Source: Calditrichaceae bacterium
GTDB taxonomy: Bacteria; Calditrichota; Calditrichia; Calditrichales; JBFXGD01
Reading direction: 5' to 3'
Length of the DNA stretch: 64,000 nt
Assembly (NCBI GenBank): GCA_050173015.1
Contig: JBFXLE010000003.1
Location: forward strand, 64,001 to 128,000
Positions 52,221 through 61,797 of this stretch are shown in pieces (position 1 is the stretch's first letter; the number at the start of each line of letters is the position of its first letter). A model generated the notes under the pieces. It saw only the letters and a program-made list of their open reading frames with translations, ran no database searches and was not told the DNA's origin. The translations under genes and the position numbers were made by a program.

Positions 52221-53783
52221 ATGGAAAAAATCATTTCGGAAATTCAGGCAAACCGGAAGAATCTTGTCGATAGCGCGATTGAGACCGTTCTTACCTCCGG
52301 ATGGAGTTCGGATATAAAAATAACCGCTCCAGAACTTGAAAAAATATTTGATAATCTTTTTGCAAGTCTTGAAAAAGATCTGGCGGCAAAAACTGAAAAC
52401 GATTTCGGCAAATATCTGTATTCAAATTATCTCCGGTCGGTAAAGAGTCTTTCTGTCTTGAAGAACAATTTTCATACGCAGTTAACGATTCTTGGCATGG
52501 CAAGAACTGTAATTAATCATTTTCTTTCTAACCTCACCTCTGTCGGAATGGAAGAAATCAGACTTAAATTTAGTATGATTCAAAAAATATTTGACCATAC
52601 ACTGATCGAGCTTAGTCAGTGGTGGGGGCAAATTTATGAGGAATTCAGAATAAGTGACCAAAAACTGATACAAGAATTAAAAATTGTCAAAGACGGCCTT
52701 CAAAAACATCTGAATGTCATATATCAGATAATTAATGAATCACCCGTGGGGGTTGTCGATTGCGATTCAGAACTTATTGTTAAACACTGGAATCCGATGG
52801 CAGTCCGGCTTACGGGATTTCAGCCGAATGAAATACTTAAAAAAAGTGTTTTATATTTTATCGCGGATCAATCGCGTCAAAAATTTCTGGAAAAAATAAG
52901 AGGCGGCAGAAAATGGATTCCAAATTTGCGGCTGTTTATAAAAACGAAAAACGACTTACCTATCCCGGTAATATTCTCGATAAGTAAAATAAAAAATGTT
53001 AACGTGGCCAATATTGTATACATCATAAACTTCCAGAGTTCGGGAAATCAAGCGGGATTTAAGTCCAATGTACAGCAATTGAATCAATTAACAGCCATTG
53101 CGCGCCTGACCAGCGCGATCATGCACGACATCAGAAACCCGCTGAATTCCATCGGACTTAATCTGGATGTGCTTGAGCAGCAATTAGTTGAACAAAATGA
53201 AAACCTGCTTACAAAGGAACATAAAAATCTCATCGCAAGAATTCAGAATGAGATCGTTCAATTAAGCAGTAATCTTAATCATTATATTACCTATAGTCAT
53301 TTATCACAGCTTCAGCTCGAGCCTCTGGATATGAACCGGCAACTGAAAATTTTTACGGATGAATCGCGTTTTGAACTCAGCCATAAAAATATAAAATTTA
53401 TTTTACGAACCGGCAGAAGCGCTTGCCGTATAATGGGTGATTGGCTTCAGCTAAGAAGAGTATTCGCGAATATCGTTCAAAATTCCGCTGAGGCCATAAA
53501 TTCGGACGGGATCATAAAGATCGTCATGCAAAAAAGAGGTTCCCGTGTTATCATTTCCATAAAAGATAACGGAGAAGGTTTGGACCCACACAAAAAAACA
53601 CAAATTTTCGAACCCTTTTTTTCCACAAAAAAATCAGGTACAGGTTTAGGTCTGTTTATTTCCCGGGAGATTGTGATGGCCCATCGCGGAAAGATTTCCT
53701 GTCGTTCAGGCAAGGACACAGGCACATTATTCACAATTAGTTTTCCGCTGGTAACCGATGAAGGAGACAAAAGAATTGCCTAA
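52221..53783 (+). CDS. Cytoplasmic PAS sensor histidine kinase
   Basis: No TM; helical N-terminus, PAS (WNPMAVRLTGF), MHDIRNPL, DNGEG, FFSTK, GTGLGL. Confidence 0.9.
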   Translation: MEKIISEIQANRKNLVDSAIETVLTSGWSSDIKITAPELEKIFDNLFASLEKDLAAKTENDFGKYLYSNYLRSVKSLSVLKNNFHTQLTILGMARTVINHFLSNLTSVGMEEIRLKFSMIQKIFDHTLIELSQWWGQIYEEFRISDQKLIQELKIVKDGLQKHLNVIYQIINESPVGVVDCDSELIVKHWNPMAVRLTGFQPNEILKKSVLYFIADQSRQKFLEKIRGGRKWIPNLRLFIKTKNDLPIPVIFSISKIKNVNVANIVYIINFQSSGNQAGFKSNVQQLNQLTAIARLTSAIMHDIRNPLNSIGLNLDVLEQQLVEQNENLLTKEHKNLIARIQNEIVQLSSNLNHYITYSHLSQLQLEPLDMNRQLKIFTDESRFELSHKNIKFILRTGRSACRIMGDWLQLRRVFANIVQNSAEAINSDGIIKIVMQKRGSRVIISIKDNGEGLDPHKKTQIFEPFFSTKKSGTGLGLFISREIVMAHRGKISCRSGKDTGTLFTISFPLVTDEGDKRIA

Positions 53784-55128
53784 TTTGAAAGTGCTGATCG
53801 TCGATGATGAAGAAAATACTCTTCAGGCCCTGAAAATGGGTCTTAATGTGAATGGATACGAAATACTGACCGAGGTATCGCGCAATGACGCGATCAATTT
53901 GCTAAAAAAGGAAGACATTGATATTGTCATCACCGATCTTAAACTGAAAGACGGATCGGGGCTTGATATCCTCAGTTATATTCAGGAGAATAACAACCGG
54001 ATTCCTGTTATTATCATTACCGCTCACGGCTCAGTCGAATCAGCGATAGAAGCTATTCGCAGCGGCGCTTATGATTATCTTGTAAAACCATTTCGTCTGG
54101 CCGATCTAAAAAAATTATTGACCAGACTCAGCGAGACAATACTTTTACGCCGCGAAAACGAGCAGCTTAAAAGCCAGCTCCGGCCTGAGACAGGGATGAT
54201 TCAATTAATCGGCGTGAATCAGCGTTTTAAGAGAATTATTGAATTTATCCGACAAATCGCCTCATCAAGAAGCACAGTCTTAATCACCGGCGAGACAGGC
54301 ACCGGGAAAGAAGTTGCTGCTAACGCTATTCATTTTTACAGTCAGCGTTCAGCAAAATCCTTTGTTAAAATCAACTGCGGGGCCATCCCGGAAACATTGT
54401 TGGAAGCCGAATTATTTGGATATGAACGCGGCGCTTTTACCGGGGCAGTTAAACAAAAAAAGGGTAAAATCGAGTTGGCGAACGACGGAACGCTTTTTTT
54501 AGACGAAATAGGTGAACTCTCCCCCTCCATGCAGGTGAAATTGCTCCGTGTTTTACAAAATGGAGAGTTTGAACGTCTGGGGGATACGGTCACACAGAAG
54601 GTGGACGTTCGTTTTATCGCGGCCACTAACGTGAGTTTGAAGGAACGCGTCTCCCTTGGAACATTCAGGGAAGATCTGTACTACCGTCTAAACGTCATGA
54701 CAATTCAAATGCCTTCACTCAGGGAAAGACTGGATGACATCCCCTATCTCGTTCAATATTTTATTGAAAAATATAATAACATTAATTCTAAAAGCGTACA
54801 GGGAGTGACCCCCGAAGTTATTAAACAAATGATGCGCTACCCCTGGCGCGGCAACATTCGTGAACTGGAGAATATGATTGAAAGAGCTGTTGTGCTTTGT
54901 CAGAATGACTTTCTAAAAGCAGAACATTTTCCAATGCTGCTGGAAGATATTGATGATGCTCAGCGCATGATAAAATTTGAAGTTGGCCATACGCTTTCTG
55001 AGATAGAAAAATCAGTTATTCAACGCACACTGCTATACTACCAGTATGATAAACAAAAAACAGCAATGACGTTGCAGATAAGTTTGGCGACCCTTTACAG
55101 AAAAATAAAAGAGTACGGATTGGAATAG
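53758..55128 (+). CDS. Sigma54-dependent response regulator
   Basis: VLIVDDE...ITDLKL, GETGTGKE, GAFTGA, FLDEIG, WRGNIRELEN, HTH TLYRKIKEY. Confidence 0.93.
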   Translation: MKETKELPNLKVLIVDDEENTLQALKMGLNVNGYEILTEVSRNDAINLLKKEDIDIVITDLKLKDGSGLDILSYIQENNNRIPVIIITAHGSVESAIEAIRSGAYDYLVKPFRLADLKKLLTRLSETILLRRENEQLKSQLRPETGMIQLIGVNQRFKRIIEFIRQIASSRSTVLITGETGTGKEVAANAIHFYSQRSAKSFVKINCGAIPETLLEAELFGYERGAFTGAVKQKKGKIELANDGTLFLDEIGELSPSMQVKLLRVLQNGEFERLGDTVTQKVDVRFIAATNVSLKERVSLGTFREDLYYRLNVMTIQMPSLRERLDDIPYLVQYFIEKYNNINSKSVQGVTPEVIKQMMRYPWRGNIRELENMIERAVVLCQNDFLKAEHFPMLLEDIDDAQRMIKFEVGHTLSEIEKSVIQRTLLYYQYDKQKTAMTLQISLATLYRKIKEYGLE

Positions 55129-55141
55129 ATACATCTTTTCA

Positions 55142-55237
55142 TTATCATTTTGATATTTATTACCCCCTCATTTGAACAATATTCTCAAAATGAGAACCAA
55201 TATCACCATCATAAATCCTATTTTATCATTTTGAGAA
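55142..55237. promoter_or_regulatory. Three palindromic enhancer (UAS) sites
   Basis: TTATCATTTTGATAT (55142), TTCTCAAAATGAGAA (55182), TTATCATTTTGAGAA (55223); spacing 40 and 41 bp. Confidence 0.7.
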
Positions 55238-55281
55238 TATACGTATTCATCCCTCACCGGTCCTCACTTTTATACAGCTAA

Positions 55282-55294
55282 TAAATGCTTGATA
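55282..55294 (-). promoter_or_regulatory. IHF-binding site
   Basis: Minus strand TATCAAGCATTTA matches WATCAANNNNTTR; lies between the UAS sites and the sigma54 promoter. Confidence 0.5.
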
Positions 55295-55324
55295 TTATTG
55301 TGTTTACTTGCTGTAAATAATCAT

Positions 55325-55340
55325 TGGCACGTTTATTGTA
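55325..55340 (+). promoter_or_regulatory. Sigma54 (-24/-12) promoter of the ATP-grasp/KamA operon
   Basis: TGGCAC-GTTTA-TTGTA, 50 bp upstream of ATG 55390. Confidence 0.72.
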
Positions 55341-55389
55341 ATTTACACACAAAACATGTTAACCGTTGATTATCCGAGAGGTAAGGATC

Positions 55390-56490
55390 ATGAAAATCGC
55401 GCTTACGTTCAGCAGTAAAAATGGACTGCTAAATGAATACAAAAAGAGAGCAGGCTCTATCAACCATATTAATGAGATACCGCAGGATTTTTTCGCCGAG
55501 GGTGATAGTATGGTGACTATAAACGCAGTGATTGATGCTTTAACCACTGCCGGACATGAAGTCACCGGTATCGAAGCAAATGATCAGGCTGCCGAGAGAT
55601 TGGATGAACTGAGCCCTGAACTGGTTTTTAACATGGCCGAAGGACTTTTTGGCGATTTCCGTGAATCATATATACCTTTAATATGCGAGAGGCTCGGCCT
55701 TCCATATACCGGTTCTGACCCTCTTACTCTGGCCATCGCGCTAAATAAAGCGCGTACAAAAGAAATTTTAACCTATTACGGTATTCCAAATCCGCAATTC
55801 AGAATTTTTTTCCCTTTACATGAAATTGATCTGAACGGCTTTGAATTCCCGGGGATTATTAAACCGGTTTCAGAGGGCAGCAGCAAGGGAATATTCAACG
55901 ATTCAGTAGTATATGATTCTTACACAGCCGGTCAAAAAATCAGAGAAAAATTACTGCAATATAATCAGCCGGTACTTTTAGAAAAATTTCTCACCGGACG
56001 TGAATTTACTGTAGGTATCTGGGGAAACGGCAACAATGTGGAAGTTTTACCGATTGTTTCCATCGACTATTCTGAGCTTCCGGAAGGCGCTCACCCCATA
56101 TACTCCTACGAAGCGAAATGGATTTGGGATACACCGGAAAAACCGTTAAATATTTTTGAATGCCCGGCGGATATTTCTTCATCACTTCTCAAAAAAGTTG
56201 AAGAAGTCGTAAAAGATACCTACAGGGTGATGAGAATCAGAGACTGGTGCCGTGTTGATGTGAGGCTCGACGGCGACAATATTCCAAATGTACTTGAATT
56301 GAATCCTATACCCGGAATCCTTCCGGACCCGAAAGAAAATTCATGTTTTCCAAAGGCGGCGAGAACAGCCGGATACAATTACGTAGAAATGCTCGACAGA
56401 ATTATCGCCATAGCGGCCAAAAGATATGATCTGAAAAGTACAATTCCACAGTTGATGGAAAGGGAACTTCCGATACTGAATGTTGGATAA
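55390..56490 (+). CDS. D-Ala-D-Ala-ligase-like ATP-grasp ligase 1 (non-canonical)
   Basis: VFNMAEG, PYTGSD, IIKPVSEGSSKGI, EKFLTGREFTV, YSYEAKW, RVDVR, ELNPIPG; lacks the Ddl N-terminal GGxSxE. Confidence 0.85.
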   Translation: MKIALTFSSKNGLLNEYKKRAGSINHINEIPQDFFAEGDSMVTINAVIDALTTAGHEVTGIEANDQAAERLDELSPELVFNMAEGLFGDFRESYIPLICERLGLPYTGSDPLTLAIALNKARTKEILTYYGIPNPQFRIFFPLHEIDLNGFEFPGIIKPVSEGSSKGIFNDSVVYDSYTAGQKIREKLLQYNQPVLLEKFLTGREFTVGIWGNGNNVEVLPIVSIDYSELPEGAHPIYSYEAKWIWDTPEKPLNIFECPADISSSLLKKVEEVVKDTYRVMRIRDWCRVDVRLDGDNIPNVLELNPIPGILPDPKENSCFPKAARTAGYNYVEMLDRIIAIAAKRYDLKSTIPQLMERELPILNVG

Positions 56491-56537
56491 TTCAACTTTA
56501 AAATGATGGTGGGAATACGGGTAGAGAGAAAACCAAA

Positions 56538-57572
56538 ATGGATAATTCAAAAATTAAATACAAGGTGATGATCGCTTATAACGAACCGGACCCGGAAAGC
56601 GGTGAAAAATCAATTGATTTTTTATCAGAGGAAGCGGTGAAGGATGAAGCGGAAGCCGTTTACGATACGCTACAGAAATCCGGCCATCAGGTGGAATACA
56701 TCGCTATTCATGATCTTGACAATGATCTTAAAAAAATCCGGACATATCAACCTGACGTGATATTTAATTTGTGTGAAGGATTCCGGGGCAATGCAAGACA
56801 TGAGATGCATATGGCGGGATTTTGGGAATTGCTGGGAATTCCTTACACCGGAAACAACGCGTTAACGCTTGGTATCGCGCAAAATAAGGTATTGACTAAA
56901 AAATTATTGGAATCGAAAAAGATATCAACTCCGATGTATCAGGTATTCCGGGAAGCCCCGGCTAAAACATATTTAAGTTATCCCCTAATCGCGAAACCCG
57001 CGCAGGAAGATGCCAGCCTTGGAATCACACAGAAATCGGTAATTGAAAATTTCGATCAGTTATATTCTGTGGTAGATGAATTGATAAATCGTTATCGGCA
57101 GCCCGTTCTTGTGGAAAAATTTATTCCCGGGAGAGAATTTAATGTCAGTATTCTCGGCAATAAAAATCCCAGAGTTTTACCGATCTCTGAGATCAATTTC
57201 GGGGACGTTCACAAGAAGTACCACCGGATAACGAGCTATGAAGCAAAATGGCTGACCGATCATGAACTATATAAAAAAACGCCTGCTGTCTGTCCCGCGG
57301 ATATATCAGATGAACTGAAATCAAAACTGGCGGACACAGCTTTGCAGGTTTATCAGTTATTAAACGGCCGGGATTACGGCAGAGTTGATATCCGGCTTGA
57401 TATGTCTGAAAAAATTTATGTTCTGGAATATAATCCCAATCCCGATATTTCCCCGGACGCCGGTTATTCAAGATCATTGAAGGCGGCCGGTATAAAATAC
57501 AGTGAATTTGTCGAGCTTCTTCTAAGGGAAGCATTAGAAAGGACTGAAATTGATAAATATCCGAAAAATTGA
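56538..57572 (+). CDS. D-Ala-D-Ala-ligase-like ATP-grasp ligase 2 (non-canonical)
   Basis: IFNLCEG, PYTGNN, KPAQEDASLGI, EKFIPGREFNV, SYEAKW, GRVDIR, EYNPNPD. Confidence 0.85.
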   Translation: MDNSKIKYKVMIAYNEPDPESGEKSIDFLSEEAVKDEAEAVYDTLQKSGHQVEYIAIHDLDNDLKKIRTYQPDVIFNLCEGFRGNARHEMHMAGFWELLGIPYTGNNALTLGIAQNKVLTKKLLESKKISTPMYQVFREAPAKTYLSYPLIAKPAQEDASLGITQKSVIENFDQLYSVVDELINRYRQPVLVEKFIPGREFNVSILGNKNPRVLPISEINFGDVHKKYHRITSYEAKWLTDHELYKKTPAVCPADISDELKSKLADTALQVYQLLNGRDYGRVDIRLDMSEKIYVLEYNPNPDISPDAGYSRSLKAAGIKYSEFVELLLREALERTEIDKYPKN

Positions 57573-58029
57573 GTCAAAAGACCGCGAGCCGGTTTATGAG
57601 ATTCTCCAGCAGACCGATATGTTTTCTCCGGCTGAAATCGATGTCGCCATGGAGCTCATCGATACCGTTCTGTTTAATAAAGATCAAAAGGATTATCTGA
57701 TATACGTCGGCGAAAGCAAAGCGAACGAAGTTGTCGGGTATGTATGTTACGGCCCCACGCCCGCGACAGAAGGTACTTTTGATCTGTACTGGATTGCGGT
57801 ATCACCCGCGTTTCAGGGAAAAGGCGCCGGAAAAGAATTATTACACTTTATTGAATCCGAAGTCAAAAACAAAAATGGCAGATTGATCATTATTGAGACA
57901 TCCTCTCAATCCAAATATCTGCCGACTCGTGAATTTTATCTGAGGAATAAATATAAAATAGCAGCGCAAATTAAAGATTTTTATCGCATGGGTGATGATC
58001 GTGTCATCTTTGTAAACTATTTCCATTAA
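57550..58029 (+). CDS. GNAT N-acetyltransferase
   Basis: FDLYWIAVSPAFQGKGAGK (motif A), ETSS, TREFY. Confidence 0.88.
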   Translation: MINIRKIESKDREPVYEILQQTDMFSPAEIDVAMELIDTVLFNKDQKDYLIYVGESKANEVVGYVCYGPTPATEGTFDLYWIAVSPAFQGKGAGKELLHFIESEVKNKNGRLIIIETSSQSKYLPTREFYLRNKYKIAAQIKDFYRMGDDRVIFVNYFH

Positions 58030-58050
58030 GTATCGGAGGTATAGAATAAA

Positions 58051-59169
58051 ATGGAGCGATGGAGAAAAATTCTTCAGCAGAGTGTCACAAGTATTGAAGA
58101 GATTTCCAGGAGATTTGATATTCCTCTTGATGAATTGAGAGGGCTTGATGATGAATTTAATATTAAAATTACGCCTTATTATCTTTCCCTGATTAAGGAA
58201 AAAGGCGATGCCATATATAAGCAAATCATTCCGGATAAAGCCGAACTTATTGATGATGGCCTTCTGGAAGATCCGTTGGCGGAGGATCAGTTCTCGCCGG
58301 TAGCAAACATTGTGCACCGTTACCCGGACAGGTGTCTGTTTCTGGTCGCGCATGCATGCGCCTCCTATTGCCGCTTCTGTACCCGCAAAAGAAAGGTCGG
58401 CGATCCATCAAAGATCAGCTTAAAATATCTGGACGACGGCTTTGAATATATCGCCAGTCATCCTGAGATTCGTGACGTCATCATTTCAGGAGGTGATCCA
58501 CTGATACTTGCCGATGATAAACTTGAATATATTTTACAAAAGCTGCGGCAAATTCCACATATTCAAATTATCCGCATTGGAAGCCGCATTCCATGCTTTC
58601 TGCCTCAAAGAATTACAACAAAACTCGTAAATATGTTAAAGAAGTATCATCCATTGTTCATCAACGTGCATTTCAACCACCCGGATGAACTCACTCCGGT
58701 TGCGGTCAAGGCTTTGGGAAGACTTGCAAACGCCGGAATACCTTTGGGAAATCAGACTGTCTTGCTAAAGGGGGTAAATGATGACCCTGAAGTGATGAAA
58801 AAACTGATGCAGAAATTACTTAGCGCCCGTGTGCGGCCTTACTACATTTATCAGGCCGATATGGTTTTTGGCACAGCGCACTTCCGCACTCAGGTTGAAA
58901 AAGGCCTTGAGATTATCGAAGCCTTGCGCGGATGGACATCCGGACTTGCTGTTCCGCACTTTGTAATCGACGCCCCGGGAGGCGGCGGGAAAATCCCTAT
59001 TTTACCGCAGTATATGCTAAAAATGAATGATGATGAAGTCATCCTGCGTAATTATAAGGGAAAAGTCTACCGATATAAGCAGCCATCGGGTAACGGTAAA
59101 ATGCACATTGAAGAGATGCTGGAATATGTTTCCGAAAATAACGGTACAGATAAACATGTAATTATATAA
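58051..59169 (+). CDS. kamA: KamA-family radical SAM/PLP aminomutase (lysine 2,3-aminomutase-like)
   Basis: HRYPDR, CASYCRFCTRKR, SGGDPL, HFNHP, NQTVLLKGVND, YQADMV, IDAPGGGGKIP. Confidence 0.9.
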   Translation: MERWRKILQQSVTSIEEISRRFDIPLDELRGLDDEFNIKITPYYLSLIKEKGDAIYKQIIPDKAELIDDGLLEDPLAEDQFSPVANIVHRYPDRCLFLVAHACASYCRFCTRKRKVGDPSKISLKYLDDGFEYIASHPEIRDVIISGGDPLILADDKLEYILQKLRQIPHIQIIRIGSRIPCFLPQRITTKLVNMLKKYHPLFINVHFNHPDELTPVAVKALGRLANAGIPLGNQTVLLKGVNDDPEVMKKLMQKLLSARVRPYYIYQADMVFGTAHFRTQVEKGLEIIEALRGWTSGLAVPHFVIDAPGGGGKIPILPQYMLKMNDDEVILRNYKGKVYRYKQPSGNGKMHIEEMLEYVSENNGTDKHVII

Positions 59170-59235
59170 TGATAGTGGTATATTAATCAGCGGATTTGAA
59201 TTTTCTCTTTCTGTTGAAGACAAAACACCTGGAAA

Positions 59236-60990
59236 ATGAGGATAAGTTTAGTGTTCAGAATAAGGCGTATTTATGATGATCTGATCCCGATTGATCGAAT
59301 CGCGATTGCTCAGGTTCAGGCGATCCTGAGATCACAATTTCCCGAGATAAAAGAAGATGAAATCATCAAACTCCCGGAGAAGCTGCACAATCCGCTCAAA
59401 TACCGTTTCCGCTCCATTTTGTTCGTCGCGGATGACGTAAAGGGGCAGGTAAAAGGATTCGCGTTTGTTTTGCACGATGCGGATTATAAATTCTGCTATC
59501 TCGATTTCATTTCCGCCGCAAAACAGATGACCGGACGCGGCATTGGCGGCGCGTTATACGAGCGCGTTCTCAAAGAAGCCTTATCACTGGACACGATCGG
59601 ATTGTTTTTTGAATGCCTTCCGGACGATCCGGTATTAAGTCCTGATCCAGTGATCAGAAAACAGAATATTTCACGGCTAAAATTTTATGAAAATTTTGGC
59701 GCCAGGCCAATCATAAATACCGCTTATGAGACACCTTTAAATCCTGATGATACCGATCCGCCATATCTGGTCTTTGATAGTATCGGACAAGATAAGACCT
59801 TGTCAAAAAAACATTTGCGCAAAATTATCAGAGCGATCCTGGAACGGAAATATGGTGACCTTTGCCCGGTTGAATATGTTGATATGGTAGTTTCTTCCGT
59901 AAAGGACGATCCCGTAAAACTTCGTGATCCCTTGTATGTTAAAACGGAGATACCGGAAAAGAACCCTTTAAAAACTCCGGCTGACAAAAAAATCGCTTTG
60001 GTAGTCAATGACAAACATATGATCCATCATGTTAAAGAACGCGGTTATGTGGAATCACCGATCCGCATAAAAACTATCCTTAAAGAACTTGATAGGACTG
60101 ATCTTTTTGAAACAATCCCCGTCAAGCATTATTCAGACCGGCATATTCGCGCTGTTCATGACGGACGTTTTGTCGATTATCTCCGAAATGTTTGTAAAAA
60201 TGTAAAACCGGGGAAATCCATCTACCCGTATGTGTTTCCAATTCGGAACTCGGCGAGGCCTCCAAAAGATCTGCCGATCAGAGCAGGCTACTATTGTATT
60301 GACACATTTACTCCGTTAAATCAAAACGCCTATCTCGCAGCGGTGCGCGCTGTTGATTGCTCGCTTACCGCGGCTAATCTGATCCTTGAAGGCCGAAGAC
60401 TGGCATACTCACTTGTGCGGCCTCCGGGACATCATGCCGAACACAAATCATTCGGCGGGTTTTGTTATTTCAATTCTAACGCCGTCGCGGCAAACTATTT
60501 AAGCGCTTATGGAAAAGTGGCGATTTTGGATGTTGATTATCATCATGGTAACGGGCAGCAGGATATATTCTACAAACGTTCCGATGTTCTGACTGTCTCT
60601 ATTCATGGTCATCCGCGATTCGCTTATCCATATTTCAGTGGATTTGAAGATGAAAAAGGGATAGATGCGGGAGATGGATTTAATCATAATATTCCTCTGC
60701 CTGAAAAAATTGACGGGAAAAAATATTCCGATTCTCTGGACAGGGCGCTGAAAATTATCAAAAAATTCAAACCGCAATTTTTGATTATCGCGCTTGGTCT
60801 CGATCCGGCAAAGGGCGACCCCACAGGTTCGTGGGATCTTCAGGCTAAGGATTTTGAATCGAACGGTATTAAGATAGGAGAATTGAGACTCCCAACCCTT
60901 GTTATTCAGGAAGGCGGATATAATAACCGAAATCTCGGGATAAACGCCCGATACTTTTTTTCCGGATTATGGAAAAGTATTTTCGATTAA
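59236..60990 (+). CDS. GNAT domain fused to a histone-deacetylase-family (acetylpolyamine amidohydrolase-like) domain
   Basis: N-terminal YLDFI...TGRGIGGALY; C-terminal RPPGHHA, GGFCYFN, DVDYHHGNG, SIHG, QEGGY. Confidence 0.85.
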   Translation: MRISLVFRIRRIYDDLIPIDRIAIAQVQAILRSQFPEIKEDEIIKLPEKLHNPLKYRFRSILFVADDVKGQVKGFAFVLHDADYKFCYLDFISAAKQMTGRGIGGALYERVLKEALSLDTIGLFFECLPDDPVLSPDPVIRKQNISRLKFYENFGARPIINTAYETPLNPDDTDPPYLVFDSIGQDKTLSKKHLRKIIRAILERKYGDLCPVEYVDMVVSSVKDDPVKLRDPLYVKTEIPEKNPLKTPADKKIALVVNDKHMIHHVKERGYVESPIRIKTILKELDRTDLFETIPVKHYSDRHIRAVHDGRFVDYLRNVCKNVKPGKSIYPYVFPIRNSARPPKDLPIRAGYYCIDTFTPLNQNAYLAAVRAVDCSLTAANLILEGRRLAYSLVRPPGHHAEHKSFGGFCYFNSNAVAANYLSAYGKVAILDVDYHHGNGQQDIFYKRSDVLTVSIHGHPRFAYPYFSGFEDEKGIDAGDGFNHNIPLPEKIDGKKYSDSLDRALKIIKKFKPQFLIIALGLDPAKGDPTGSWDLQAKDFESNGIKIGELRLPTLVIQEGGYNNRNLGINARYFFSGLWKSIFD

Positions 60991-61180
60991 TTGACTTTTC
61001 ATCCTGAAGAACACTCAAGCGGTTAAATATCCCACTCTGTAGTGGAAAATAGCTATATTGAATCATTATTTAACCGTATAATCCGGTCTTACCTCTTTTT
61101 ATTGGATCATTTTTTGCTTAAAATGCCATTTCTCACACAATCGACATTACCTTCTATACCAAAGTTTAAGACGGAGTATC

Positions 61181-61735
61181 ATGAACGACGGCGAATTAAT
61201 TCAGCTTCTCGTCAAGAAAGACCGGTCTGCTCTCAGGCAGTTTGTTGAGCAATACCAGTCTCTTGTCATCAATACAGCCTATCATATTATTGGCAATCAA
61301 AATGATGCAGAAGATGTCGCACAGGATGTTTTCCTTCAGATTTATAATTCCGCCGGAACATTTGAACAAAAATCAAAATTATCCACCTGGATCTGCAGGA
61401 TTACCGTTAACCGGTCACTTAATTTTATCCGGGATAACAGAAAATTCAGTCTGCTGCGAAGTTTCGATGAATTTATTGATGGTGAAGTTAAAGAAATCGC
61501 GGATCCCGAACCCCCTGATCAAATTCTCGAAGCCAAAGAAACGGGAAAAATCATTGAACAGTTACTCGAGTCCCTCCCGGAAAATCAAAGAGTCGCCTGG
61601 ATTCTGCATCAATATAATGACCTGCCTTACCAGGAAATCGTGAAAATTATGGATTTATCCCTATCCTCCATCGAATCACTGATATTCCGCGCCAGAAAAA
61701 ATCTACAAAAAAAATTATTAAATCACATAAAATAA
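61181..61735 (+). CDS. ECF RNA polymerase sigma factor
   Basis: DAEDVAQDVFL, STWICRITVN, LPENQR, YQEI, SLIFRARKNL. Confidence 0.93.
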   Translation: MNDGELIQLLVKKDRSALRQFVEQYQSLVINTAYHIIGNQNDAEDVAQDVFLQIYNSAGTFEQKSKLSTWICRITVNRSLNFIRDNRKFSLLRSFDEFIDGEVKEIADPEPPDQILEAKETGKIIEQLLESLPENQRVAWILHQYNDLPYQEIVKIMDLSLSSIESLIFRARKNLQKKLLNHIK

Positions 61736-61797
61736 TTTTATCTGCGCAAGTTTCCATATAAATCCGTGTCTTATATTGTAAACGGAGACCAAAGAAC

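Noticed and set aside
55390-57572. Housekeeping ddl or van resistance ligases
   Set aside because: No GGxSxE or LHG motifs, and no mur or van gene context
58051-59169. EpmB (EF-P modification) or glutamate 2,3-aminomutase
   Set aside because: No efp/epmA adjacent; Asp/Asp substrate residues and GGGGK loop are LAM-type
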